Origin: Candidatus Omnitrophota bacterium
Lineage (GTDB): Bacteria > Omnitrophota > Gorgyraeia > B26-G9
Direction: 5' to 3'
NCBI GenBank assembly: GCA_043806135.1
Contig: JAZDHG010000064.1
Span: forward strand, 6,535-70,534
DNA: 64,000 nt
Numbering within the stretch: the stretch's first letter is position 1; the number at the start of each line of letters is the position of its first letter. The translations under genes and the position numbers were made by a program. This document shows, in pieces, positions 7,565 to 16,910 of this stretch. The notes beneath the pieces are model-generated. The model was not told the origin of the DNA. It did not search any database and saw only the letters and a list, made by a program, of their open reading frames with translations.

Positions 7565-10288
7565 ATGAAAAATGAATTATGGACTTTTACAAATCGCAAC
7601 GGAGATTTTATATTCTCTAACCCGGAAAAGATAAGCCGTCTGTACTTTCCTTTAGCCAATGAAGCAGAATTTATGTCCTCTGTAACTCCCCTGCTTAAAG
7701 GAGATATAAAAATAGGCCAAAATAATTTTTTAATGCTTCCGATAACCAGCGAAGACCTTTACTCAACCATTTCCGGCAGAAATTTCTGGATATATATCAA
7801 TCAAAATACCTATTGGGCAATAAACGGCACTCCGCATCTGCCTAATAATCAGGAGGAAGACGTCACTTTAAAAGCCGGCATACTATGGCATACCATAAAG
7901 AGATCCAATAAAATTATTGGTCTTGATGCGGAAATCACCAACTTTATTCCAGCCAGCGGAGAACATGTGGAATTAATGACCGTTAAAATAACCAATACCT
8001 CCGTAAGGGCAATAACTTTTACACCGACTTCAGCTATCCCTATATTCGGAAGGTCGGCAGATAATCTGCGTGACCATCGTCATGTCACAAGCTTACTGCA
8101 CAGGACCAAACTGACCAGTAACGGTTTAATCGTAAAACCAGAGATGTCTTTTGATGAACGCGGACATAAAATTAATTTTTATTCTTATTATGTACTTGGC
8201 TGTGAAGAGGACTCCACCTCTTGCATCGGTCAATTTCCGTCGATTGAATCTTTTATCGGCGAGGGCGGCTCTTTCATCTGTCCCCGGGCTGTTTTTGAGG
8301 ATTATGTACCTATTAAAAAGATCGAAGCACGCCATCACGGAAAAGAAGCTATCGGAGCGCTGCGCTTTCAAAAAAAAACCCTGATCCCTGATGAGTCAAT
8401 AACTTATATTCTAATGCTCGGGATCGCTGAACACCCTGGCGAAATAAAAAGAATATATGAAAAATTTAATCATCGGGATAAGGTTAAGAATGCTTTAAGA
8501 GACAATGTAGATTACTGGAAAAAAAGAATAGATGCCATAAGCTTTTGTACAGGCGAGCTGATCAATGACAATTGGCTGCGCTGGGTAGGACTTCAGCCGA
8601 TTTTAAGAAAAATATTCGGCTGTTCTTTCTTACCTGATTTTGACTACGGCCGGGGCGGTAAAGGATGGCGGGATCTTTGGCAGGATTGTCTTACCCTGAT
8701 TCTTGCGCATCCGGAGCAGACCAAAGATATCCTTATTGCCAATTTTTCCGGAGTAAGAATTGACGGCACTAACGCAACCATTATCACTAAACAACCAGGG
8801 GTTTTTATTGCCGACCGCAATAAGATAAGCCGCGTATGGATGGATCACGGTGTATGGCCATTCTTTTCTTTGCAGCTTTATATAAACCAGACCGGTGATT
8901 TTGATATTCTTTTCGATAAATCAACATACTTCTACGATCAGCAGCTATCCAGGGCAAAAGAGATCGATACTTCCTGGAACCCGAACCTCAAGCATTTTAA
9001 ACAACTGCACACTAAAGACGGCCATCTTTATCAGGGAACCGTATTAGAACATATATTAGTACAGCACCTGGTTCAGTTTTTCAATGTGGGCAAGCATAAT
9101 AGTATCAAACTTGAAGATGCCGATTGGAACGATGGGTTGGATATGGCCAGCGAAAAGGGTGAAAGTGTTGCCTTCACCTGTTTCTATGCCCACAATATAT
9201 ATGAGATTACCATGCTGCTGCTTGAATTAAAGAAAAGACGAAAGAAAAAAACTATCAGCATTTCAAAAGAGCTGTTCATCCTTCTGGACCGTTTGCACAA
9301 GAAACCCATAAACTATAACCATCCGGATGAAAAGATAACTCTCTTGCGCAGGTATCTCAATGCCGTAAAAACCAGGGTTTCCGGGAAAAAAGTTTCCGTA
9401 AAATTAGAGGATCTGATTGCTGATCTTTCTCAAAAATGGCAATGGATGTTTTCACATGTCGGCAAAAAAGAATGGATATCTCTAAACAAAAACAGCGGAT
9501 TTTTCAATGGATACTATGATAACAGAGGGAAAAGAATTGAAGGAAAGATAAACAGCCATATTAGAATGACCCTCACCGGTCAGGTATTTCCGATAATGAG
9601 CGGGATATCTTCAAAAAAACAAACAAAGCTCATCTTTGCTGCCGCTAACAAATACCTGAAAGACAAGAAATTGGGCGGCTTCAGATTAAATACAGATTTC
9701 AAAAAACCTCAATTAGACTTAGGACGCGCATTCGCATTTTCATACGGAGAAAAAGAAAACGGTTCAGTATTCAGCCATATGTGCGTTATGTTTGCTTATG
9801 CTTTATATCAGAGAAACTTTGTGCAGGAAGGATTTTCCGTCTTGGAAAGCCTGATGAGCCTGGCCACAAACACTAAAGTGAGCAAAATATACCCCTGCCT
9901 GCCTGAATATTTTAATCTTGAAGGTAAAGGCATGTATTCTTATCTTACCGGGTCGGCAAGCTGGTACATACTCACGATGTTGACTCAGGTATTTGGAGTA
10001 AAAGGGCATTTCGGAAACATGATAATTGAACCGAAATTAATCAGCAAGCAGTTTAAAGATTCTGATACAGTTTCCCTGTCTTGTTATTTCGCCCAGCGCA
10101 GATTAAGTGTTGTTTTTGTCAACCCTAAAAAAGTTGATTTTGAAGATTACAAGATAACAAAAGTCAAGATCAAGCCTTTCGAAATAGCTTATAAACTCTC
10201 CGGAATGCGCAAAGTCAAATTCCTGCGCGAAGACATATTAAGCTTCCCTAAAAATACGCACATTACCATAGAAATAACTCTGGACTGA
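7565..10288 (+). CDS. large (alpha/alpha)6-barrel glycoside hydrolase/phosphorylase, GH94-like (cellobiose/chitobiose phosphorylase family)
   Basis: At 907 aa from the ATG at 7565 it has a DADWNDGLD motif resembling the GH94 catalytic region, and it is cytoplasmic with no signal peptide. The start is placed at MKNELW because an AGGAAA ribosome-binding site lies 8 nt upstream; the ORF-track start at 7496 has none. Confidence 0.45.
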   Translation: MKNELWTFTNRNGDFIFSNPEKISRLYFPLANEAEFMSSVTPLLKGDIKIGQNNFLMLPITSEDLYSTISGRNFWIYINQNTYWAINGTPHLPNNQEEDVTLKAGILWHTIKRSNKIIGLDAEITNFIPASGEHVELMTVKITNTSVRAITFTPTSAIPIFGRSADNLRDHRHVTSLLHRTKLTSNGLIVKPEMSFDERGHKINFYSYYVLGCEEDSTSCIGQFPSIESFIGEGGSFICPRAVFEDYVPIKKIEARHHGKEAIGALRFQKKTLIPDESITYILMLGIAEHPGEIKRIYEKFNHRDKVKNALRDNVDYWKKRIDAISFCTGELINDNWLRWVGLQPILRKIFGCSFLPDFDYGRGGKGWRDLWQDCLTLILAHPEQTKDILIANFSGVRIDGTNATIITKQPGVFIADRNKISRVWMDHGVWPFFSLQLYINQTGDFDILFDKSTYFYDQQLSRAKEIDTSWNPNLKHFKQLHTKDGHLYQGTVLEHILVQHLVQFFNVGKHNSIKLEDADWNDGLDMASEKGESVAFTCFYAHNIYEITMLLLELKKRRKKKTISISKELFILLDRLHKKPINYNHPDEKITLLRRYLNAVKTRVSGKKVSVKLEDLIADLSQKWQWMFSHVGKKEWISLNKNSGFFNGYYDNRGKRIEGKINSHIRMTLTGQVFPIMSGISSKKQTKLIFAAANKYLKDKKLGGFRLNTDFKKPQLDLGRAFAFSYGEKENGSVFSHMCVMFAYALYQRNFVQEGFSVLESLMSLATNTKVSKIYPCLPEYFNLEGKGMYSYLTGSASWYILTMLTQVFGVKGHFGNMIIEPKLISKQFKDSDTVSLSCYFAQRRLSVVFVNPKKVDFEDYKITKVKIKPFEIAYKLSGMRKVKFLREDILSFPKNTHITIEITLD

Positions 10289-10332
10289 TGCCGCTGTGTA
10301 TTTTCGTTCCCGACCAGGATTTACATTAGCTT

Positions 10333-11292
10333 CTAAATTTTATAAACCAGGGATAGCAATGCCATGAAAAAAGGTATGCTTACAACTGCAAAAAGATATG
10401 TTACCAGCAATGCCCTGCCGATAAGATCGTATTTTGCCTTTTGATAAACAGAAACCACTCCTAAATTTATCGCACTGGGCATTACTGCTTCAATGAACAG
10501 GATCAATGCAATAAAACCAGTCAATTTTAAAATACTGATGATACCCAGCACAATTACCGGCATAACGATTAATTTACCGAAAAGTACTTTAACAAAAAAA
10601 CTTTTACGGATTATGACCTGTGTGCTCATGACCTCTGCCAAAATTATACCTAAGCTTAGAAGCGCAACCGGCAATGTGCAGTTCCCCAGCAGCTCTGTTA
10701 CCCTCATCAGCACCGTAGGCATAAACGGCTTTAAATTAGCAGCGATAAACAGCATTGATATTATCAATGCTGCGAACGGAGGACTGAAAATTTTTTTAAA
10801 TTGAAACTTCGGTTCTCCTGGATACAAAAACTGGATGCCAAACCCCCAAAACACAACATTGAACCCCTGTATGAAAAGAAAAATACGCGTAAACATTTCT
10901 CTTGCAATATCATTAGGATAAATTGCCGCAACCAGTAACAAAGGCAAATAACCGCAGTTTTGAAATGAAATCAGGCAGATAAATTCATCTTTTTCTTTTA
11001 TGCTCTTATCCATGGCGCATATTACACTGCCGACTATAAAACCAAGCGCAGGAATACAAACTCCCATCAGGGGATAAAGCCACCAGTCACGGGGAGATGA
11101 AAAGCTGAAATAATGAATCAGGTGATTAAAAATAAGACAAGGCAGGAATAAATTTATGGTCAGCGCGCTAAGAGTTCTCAACCCCTGTTTATCAACAAGT
11201 TTCAGTTTAGAAAAGAAGACTCCGACAGAAACGATAAGAAATATCTCTATAATGCCGGAAAAAACTTTTGTAAAATTCAATAAAAATTCCAT
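10333..11292 (-). CDS. AEC-family (auxin efflux carrier-like) membrane transporter
   Basis: It has about 10 predicted TM helices, and its N-terminal region resembles malate permease / AEC transporters. Confidence 0.55.
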   Translation of the reverse strand: MEFLLNFTKVFSGIIEIFLIVSVGVFFSKLKLVDKQGLRTLSALTINLFLPCLIFNHLIHYFSFSSPRDWWLYPLMGVCIPALGFIVGSVICAMDKSIKEKDEFICLISFQNCGYLPLLLVAAIYPNDIAREMFTRIFLFIQGFNVVFWGFGIQFLYPGEPKFQFKKIFSPPFAALIISMLFIAANLKPFMPTVLMRVTELLGNCTLPVALLSLGIILAEVMSTQVIIRKSFFVKVLFGKLIVMPVIVLGIISILKLTGFIALILFIEAVMPSAINLGVVSVYQKAKYDLIGRALLVTYLFAVVSIPFFMALLSLVYKI

Positions 11293-11357
11293 TATTATAC
11301 CTTAATCTAATATTCGAGATTATTTTATCTCTCAGTTTTTAAAGAAGAATTCGGTAT

Positions 11358-11993
11358 CTATAAAGAAGGATTTTGCATATACTCCAGGATTAAATCCGTC
11401 GATGCTTTATCCATGATCAGATAATAATCGCCGTCAATACCCATACCCATTTCTTTAAAAGAAGTATGTACGACACAAATATTGCCCCAATGTTCGTATT
11501 CTCTGAGGATCATCGTGATAAGTTCATCTGAAGTACCGCTCAGGAAGTTAGGCACGGATGTAAGGATTAATTTCTTGATCAAAGAACTCAAGGTATTAAT
11601 ATAGGAAAAAATCGCTATCCCTCCCACTTCTTTAATAATTGATATCCCGTACCTTATGGGCTCGACTCCGCTGGTATTGATATATAAGAGAAATTTTTCA
11701 ATAATCTTAAGCGAGTGTTTTTCCGGGAAAAGCAGGAAAATAGTACCTTGCAGCTGTGAACTGAAATGCGCATTTACCCCGTATACCAGAGTACCCTTAT
11801 CTTTTATATAATTCGGAAGCTGATCAATTGTAAGAATCTCTAAACCGGGAGGATTGACTTGCACTACTCCTCCCAGCAGCTGGGAAAGGATACCGGTTGA
11901 GTTTCCCACACATATATTCCCGACTTCCCTTAAAATATCCCTTTCTTCGAAGCTTAAAGATTCTTTATGCTCTACCATAATATTTTTTAGCAT
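11358..11993 (-). CDS. CheC-like protein (CheC/CheX/FliY phosphatase family)
   Basis: ERDILREVGNICVGNSTGILSQLLG matches the CheC consensus DxxxExxN...A.ALSQLL. The second repeat is degenerate, with EVGG in place of ExxN. Confidence 0.6.
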   Translation of the reverse strand: MLKNIMVEHKESLSFEERDILREVGNICVGNSTGILSQLLGGVVQVNPPGLEILTIDQLPNYIKDKGTLVYGVNAHFSSQLQGTIFLLFPEKHSLKIIEKFLLYINTSGVEPIRYGISIIKEVGGIAIFSYINTLSSLIKKLILTSVPNFLSGTSDELITMILREYEHWGNICVVHTSFKEMGMGIDGDYYLIMDKASTDLILEYMQNPSL

Positions 11994-12085
11994 AACATCT
12001 TAGGTGACAATTGTAAAGAGGATATTAACAATAAATTATTAATTCATTGTCTTGATCCCTGGTTTGCTTTATAATTGCATATACT

Positions 12086-14014
12086 ATGCAATACGATGAT
12101 TTTCAGAAAAAAGCCATAAGGTCTGCAGAGAACGGCAATTCCGTAATAGTTTGTGCGCCTACAGGTGCTGGGAAAACAGCAATTGCCGAGTATGTCATAA
12201 ATAAATGCATTGCTAAGGAAGAAGGTGTTATATACACTTCACCTATTAAATCCTTATCCAATCAGAAATTCCGTGATTTCAGCCGTATTTACGGCAAGAA
12301 TATCGGCATACTTACAGGCGACGTAAGCATAAACGCAAATGCCCCGGTTTTGATCATGACTACAGAAATTTTCCGAAATACTCTTTTTGAAGATCCCGAG
12401 CGGCTTAAGAACATCTCCTGGATAATCTTTGATGAAGTCCATTATATAGATGACTATGAACGCGGCACGGTTTGGGAGGAATCGATAATCTTTTGCCCCC
12501 CTCATATGCGGATACTTGCTTTAAGCGCGACGATCCCTAATTCAAATCAAATTGCCAATTGGGTAAGGGGTATTCATAAACATCCTATAGATACGGTCAT
12601 TGAGAAAAACCGCCCGGTGCCTTTGCATCATAGTTTCCAGGCAAACAATAAAATATTTTCTGACATAAACCAATTGAGAAATAATGTTTATCTCAGAAGG
12701 AACCACCGCGTTTCAAGATGGGACAGACACAAGAGAAGGTCTCCTTCTAATAAAGTGCTGGATATTCTCAATCATCTTCAAGAAACCGACAAAATCCCGG
12801 TCATCTATTTTTCTTTTAGTCGAAAACGCTGTGAAGAACTGGCCTTTGAGGCACGTATTATTAATTTTGTAAACACGGATGAAAAACAGAAACTCACCTG
12901 TTTATTTAAAAACCTCTTGGAAAAATTTGATTTGGCAAACGAGCCATCAGCTTTAAAATTATGGCCCCTTATAGAAAAAGGCATCGCTTACCATCACGCT
13001 GGGCTTCTGCCCAGTCTTAAAGAAGTAATTGAACAATTGTTTACCAGCAGGCTCATCAAACTTATTTTCACGACCGAAACATTTGCATTGGGGATAAACA
13101 TGCCTGCAAAAACAGTGGTTTTCGATGAACTAAGAAAATTCAACGGGCATTATTACGGACCTTTGCAATGCAGGGATTATTATCAAATGGCCGGACGTGC
13201 AGGGCGCCGCGGTATCGATAGCGAAGGTTTTGTTTATTCAAGGATTAATCCGTACAGGATTGAATTCAATCAGGTGAAAAAAATAATTTTTTCTGACCCT
13301 GAGCCTATAAACAGTCAGTTCAATCTTTCTTATGCAAGTCTGCTGCACCTTTATGCCAAATGGCAGGAAAAATTATATGAAGTTTATCCTCAGAGTTTGC
13401 ACTATTTCCAGTCAAAAAAGAATACCAGGAAAAACGCACTGGAGCTCCTGGAAGCCAAAATCACTCTTTTAAAAGAAATGGACTATATATGTGAGCATAG
13501 ATTAAGCCATAAAGGAATGTTTGCCAGCCGTGTTTACGGATACGAATTATTGCTTACGGAATTATTTGCCACCGGTGTTTTAGAGAGTCTTTCCAGCGTT
13601 GAGTTGAACATTGTGCTTGTTTCTCTTTGTTTTGAGCCGCGTAAAAATCAGCTGTACATTGATCTGCCTGATGAAATACTGCAAATACAGGATAAGGTCT
13701 TGCCTTTAATCAAGGGAATCCGCAGAAGTGAAAGAAGATCCAGGATCCGTCCTTTAAGTAAAAAACCCTATTTTAACTTAGGCATTGCTATTAGAAATTG
13801 GTCGCAAGGATTGCCGCTGGCTAAAGTTAGATCTGAAACCGGAGCAGATGAAGGAGAGATTGTCAGATACTTCAGAATGGTGATTCAAATATTAAAGCAA
13901 TTACGTGCAATTGCGTTCATAACCCAGGGCTTCAGAGACAGGATAAATGAGTCTCTGACCATGATAAACCGTGATGAGGTTGATGCAGAAAAACAGCTTC
14001 GTGAAGGGCTCTAA
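12086..14014 (+). CDS. Ski2-like superfamily-2 DEVH-box helicase
   Basis: It has the Walker A motif CAPTGAGKT, the DEVH box and the MAGRAGRRG motif VI, plus a C-terminal extension. Confidence 0.75.
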   Translation: MQYDDFQKKAIRSAENGNSVIVCAPTGAGKTAIAEYVINKCIAKEEGVIYTSPIKSLSNQKFRDFSRIYGKNIGILTGDVSINANAPVLIMTTEIFRNTLFEDPERLKNISWIIFDEVHYIDDYERGTVWEESIIFCPPHMRILALSATIPNSNQIANWVRGIHKHPIDTVIEKNRPVPLHHSFQANNKIFSDINQLRNNVYLRRNHRVSRWDRHKRRSPSNKVLDILNHLQETDKIPVIYFSFSRKRCEELAFEARIINFVNTDEKQKLTCLFKNLLEKFDLANEPSALKLWPLIEKGIAYHHAGLLPSLKEVIEQLFTSRLIKLIFTTETFALGINMPAKTVVFDELRKFNGHYYGPLQCRDYYQMAGRAGRRGIDSEGFVYSRINPYRIEFNQVKKIIFSDPEPINSQFNLSYASLLHLYAKWQEKLYEVYPQSLHYFQSKKNTRKNALELLEAKITLLKEMDYICEHRLSHKGMFASRVYGYELLLTELFATGVLESLSSVELNIVLVSLCFEPRKNQLYIDLPDEILQIQDKVLPLIKGIRRSERRSRIRPLSKKPYFNLGIAIRNWSQGLPLAKVRSETGADEGEIVRYFRMVIQILKQLRAIAFITQGFRDRINESLTMINRDEVDAEKQLREGL

Positions 14015-14221
14015 TGTCTTATCCTGCAATAGTTAATATTTTATTTGGTTACTAGTAGGTACAAACAGTTAATAGTGGTCACTAACGGTTACTTCAAGAA
14101 ATTAATTTCAATATTTTATCAGTTTTAATTAAAGCTCTCAGCTTGTTTTTTATGCTTTTTCGTCCCTCGATTTTTCACTCAATACACACGACAAATCCCG
14201 CAGTTTACTCCGCTGCCTTTG

Positions 14222-14698
14222 CTATTGTCCTTTGGGATTAACTACAAAAACAGTAATAGGATCAGCTTCAAGCATTTCTTCGGCAAAACCGTTATAGCTC
14301 ACCTTAATATCATAATTACCCGCAGTTTCCGCAATAAATTCTGTCTTAAATTTGAGCTTTTTCTTTGGATAGAGCCTGATCGTTTTAAGCTTCAACCCAT
14401 AGATATCAAGTAATTTATCTTTCTTTCCGTCCGGCATAGTGATCTCTATCATAAATGAATTTTCGTCAATAGCCGGTTCGGTTATTTCAAGAGGCTCCCC
14501 GCTTATATTTCTCAAATATATATTTATCTCAACCGGTTTATTGAGTTCATTGATCATTTTTGTGCTTTTCACCTCAAGTTTAAGCGACTTTTTCCTACCG
14601 TATATAGCATTTTCCTGAGCATCTACACTCACAGAGGTTAAAAATAAAACCGCAATTAAAGCAAAGCCGCTTATGCTACTTACAGACCTCAAGAACAT
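14222..14698 (-). CDS. hypothetical secreted protein
   Basis: It has an N-terminal signal peptide (FALIAVLFLTSVSVDAQ) and no recognisable domain. Confidence 0.4.
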   Translation of the reverse strand: MFLRSVSSISGFALIAVLFLTSVSVDAQENAIYGRKKSLKLEVKSTKMINELNKPVEINIYLRNISGEPLEITEPAIDENSFMIEITMPDGKKDKLLDIYGLKLKTIRLYPKKKLKFKTEFIAETAGNYDIKVSYNGFAEEMLEADPITVFVVNPKGQ

Positions 14699-14710
14699 AG
14701 TATCCCCCTT

Positions 14711-15895
14711 CTACTTTCTTTTGATATTCTTTTTGTATCGATCCATGAACCTCTTTATTCTGAGAACAGCCTCTTTTAATTGTTCATAACCTGTCGAATA
14801 AGACATACGTACGTAATTATCGTAGCTGGCACCAAAGGCCACTCCGGGAACAACCGCAACCTTTTGCTCTTTCAAAAGATTACCCGCAAATTCAAGACTA
14901 CTCAGCCCTGATGCGTTAATTTGCGGAAAAATATAAAAAGCCCCCTGAGGTTTTGAACATGTAAGGCCCAACTCATTGAGACTCTTATACATAAACTCTC
15001 TCCGGCGCCTGTATTCACGCTTCATTTCTTCCAGACTGCGTTTTCCTGAGTGCAAAGCCTCACAAGCAGCCATCTGACTGACAATAGCTGCACATAAAAT
15101 TGTGTATTGGTGGATCTTTGTCATGGCCGCAATCACTGGTTTTGGCCCGCATGCGTAACCTATTCGCCACCCTGTCATTGCATATGCCTTTGATACTCCA
15201 TTAAGATAAAGCGTATAATCCTGTGCACCCTTGAGGGTCGGATAAGGTACGTGTTCAGCGTCATAGGTCAGCTCTCCATAAACTTCATCACTAATGACAA
15301 TTAATTTATGTTTTTTGCAAACCTTATTTAATCTCTCCAGTTCCAGTTTTGAGTATGTTGCACCAGTCGGATTAGAGGGATAATTTAATATTATACCTTT
15401 TGTCTGTTTATTGCAGGCACGTTCCAGCATCTGGGGAGTAATTTTAAATCCATCCTTTTGATCGGTCGGCAAATTGACAGCCTTACCTCCTGCCAGCTCA
15501 ACAACCGGTCCGTAAGAAACATAGCATGGTTCAGGAACAATTATTTCATCCCCGGGATTAATAATTGCACGCATTGCCAGATCCAGAGCTTCAGAAACCC
15601 CTACTGTTATCAAAATCTCCTCATTAGCGCAATAGTTCAATCCAAAACGCTGTTTTAATAAACGATGAATAATTAATCTCAGCTTGTAAAGACCCTTGTT
15701 TGAGGTATATGAAGTATATCCCTGCTCAATAGAGAATATTCCTGTTTCCCTAATATTCCAAGGGGTTACAAAATCGGGCTCCCCGACCCCCAAACTGACC
15801 ACATCTTCCATACCCAGCACAAGATCGAAAAAAGCCCGGATTCCTGAAGGAGCAAGTTTTTCCACCTTTTTTGATATCAAATTCTTCTTATCCAT
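14711..15895 (-). CDS. class I/II (aspartate-family) PLP-dependent aminotransferase
   Basis: It carries the PLP-lysine motif SKAYAMTGWRIGY and the N-terminal PSGIRAF. Confidence 0.75.
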   Translation of the reverse strand: MDKKNLISKKVEKLAPSGIRAFFDLVLGMEDVVSLGVGEPDFVTPWNIRETGIFSIEQGYTSYTSNKGLYKLRLIIHRLLKQRFGLNYCANEEILITVGVSEALDLAMRAIINPGDEIIVPEPCYVSYGPVVELAGGKAVNLPTDQKDGFKITPQMLERACNKQTKGIILNYPSNPTGATYSKLELERLNKVCKKHKLIVISDEVYGELTYDAEHVPYPTLKGAQDYTLYLNGVSKAYAMTGWRIGYACGPKPVIAAMTKIHQYTILCAAIVSQMAACEALHSGKRSLEEMKREYRRRREFMYKSLNELGLTCSKPQGAFYIFPQINASGLSSLEFAGNLLKEQKVAVVPGVAFGASYDNYVRMSYSTGYEQLKEAVLRIKRFMDRYKKNIKRK

Positions 15896-16066
15896 TGTAT
15901 TTTCGGTTGTTTTAAATTATTTAATATTTTATCTTACTTTTTCCTTTTAATTTTTTACTTAGTAATATGTCGCTATTCTTTTGTTTTATTTCTTTTTCTC
16001 TCGCTACTAAATTTCAAACCATCAGCTATGAGCCATGAGCTTTTTTTGCTTTCGCTATACGCTGCT

Positions 16067-16552
16067 TTAATAAGATATGGCAATACGCTTATTGTTCTCC
16101 TTATGTTTTAGGATAACCCCGTTTTCCTTATATTTTTTAAGCAGAAAATGGGTTGTTGTACCCCGCACATTTTCCATAGGAGATAGTTTCTCGGCAATAA
16201 AGTTTGATATCGTCTGCATATCTTTGCCTTCGACAACAAGCAGCAAATCATAGGTTCCGGAAAGAAGAGAGCAACTGGTTACCTCCGGGAATTTATATAT
16301 TCTTTCAGCAATATGATCGAATCCCAGATTTTTTTGAGGCAGAACATTCACCTCAATCAAAGCTCTGATTTCACTATACTCAGATCTAACCATTTCTTTA
16401 TTAATAATTGTTTTATATCCGACAATTACTCCGTCTTTCTCATATTTTTTTATTTTTTTCTTAATAGACACGGCGTCTTGTTTTATGTATTTAGCGATCT
16501 CTTCTGCGCTCATGCGCGCATCCTTTTCCAGAACCTCCAAGATCTCGTCCAT
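16067..16552 (-). CDS. Lrp/AsnC-family transcriptional regulator
   Basis: An N-terminal HTH (LEVLEKDARMSAEEIAKYI) is followed by a RAM/AsnC_trans_reg C-domain. The length is 161 aa. Confidence 0.75.
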   Translation of the reverse strand: MDEILEVLEKDARMSAEEIAKYIKQDAVSIKKKIKKYEKDGVIVGYKTIINKEMVRSEYSEIRALIEVNVLPQKNLGFDHIAERIYKFPEVTSCSLLSGTYDLLLVVEGKDMQTISNFIAEKLSPMENVRGTTTHFLLKKYKENGVILKHKENNKRIAISY

Positions 16553-16553
16553 A

Positions 16554-16793
16554 TCAATTTTCCTCCTCTATCCTAGCCAAAACATTACCCACCGGAACAC
16601 TTTCCCCCTCAAGGGCGATAAGCTCCGTTACCACGCCTGCGCATGGAGCAGGAATATTAAAAGTGCTTTTTTCCGTTGTTACCTCTACAAGGTCTTTGCC
16701 CGCTTCAACGCGCTCTCCTGCTTCTACCAGCCAAAAAGATATGTTAGCTTCCTCAAAGTCCTCGCCTAAATCCGGCATTACAATATCCGTCAT
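16554..16793 (-). CDS. stand-alone lipoyl-attachment domain protein (E2-type lipoyl domain)
   Basis: At 79 aa, its TTEKST resembles the ETDKAT lipoyl-lysine motif. It ends 1 nt before the lrp-like start and lies immediately downstream of lpd on the minus strand. Confidence 0.6.
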   Translation of the reverse strand: MTDIVMPDLGEDFEEANISFWLVEAGERVEAGKDLVEVTTEKSTFNIPAPCAGVVTELIALEGESVPVGNVLARIEEEN

Positions 16794-16910
16794 TGTTTAC
16801 CCCTCCTGATTAAAATTATTATCTTTAAACATAACACTATTAATACTAACATGATAAAGATTTATTATCAAGATTGATTTTATAATCAGTCTCTATAAAC
16901 TTTTTTTCAC

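Noticed and set aside
10289-10332. The convergent gap between the GH94-like and AEC transporter genes was examined for a bidirectional terminator.
   Set aside because: No convincing GC-rich stem-loop or T-run is visible in the 44-nt gap.
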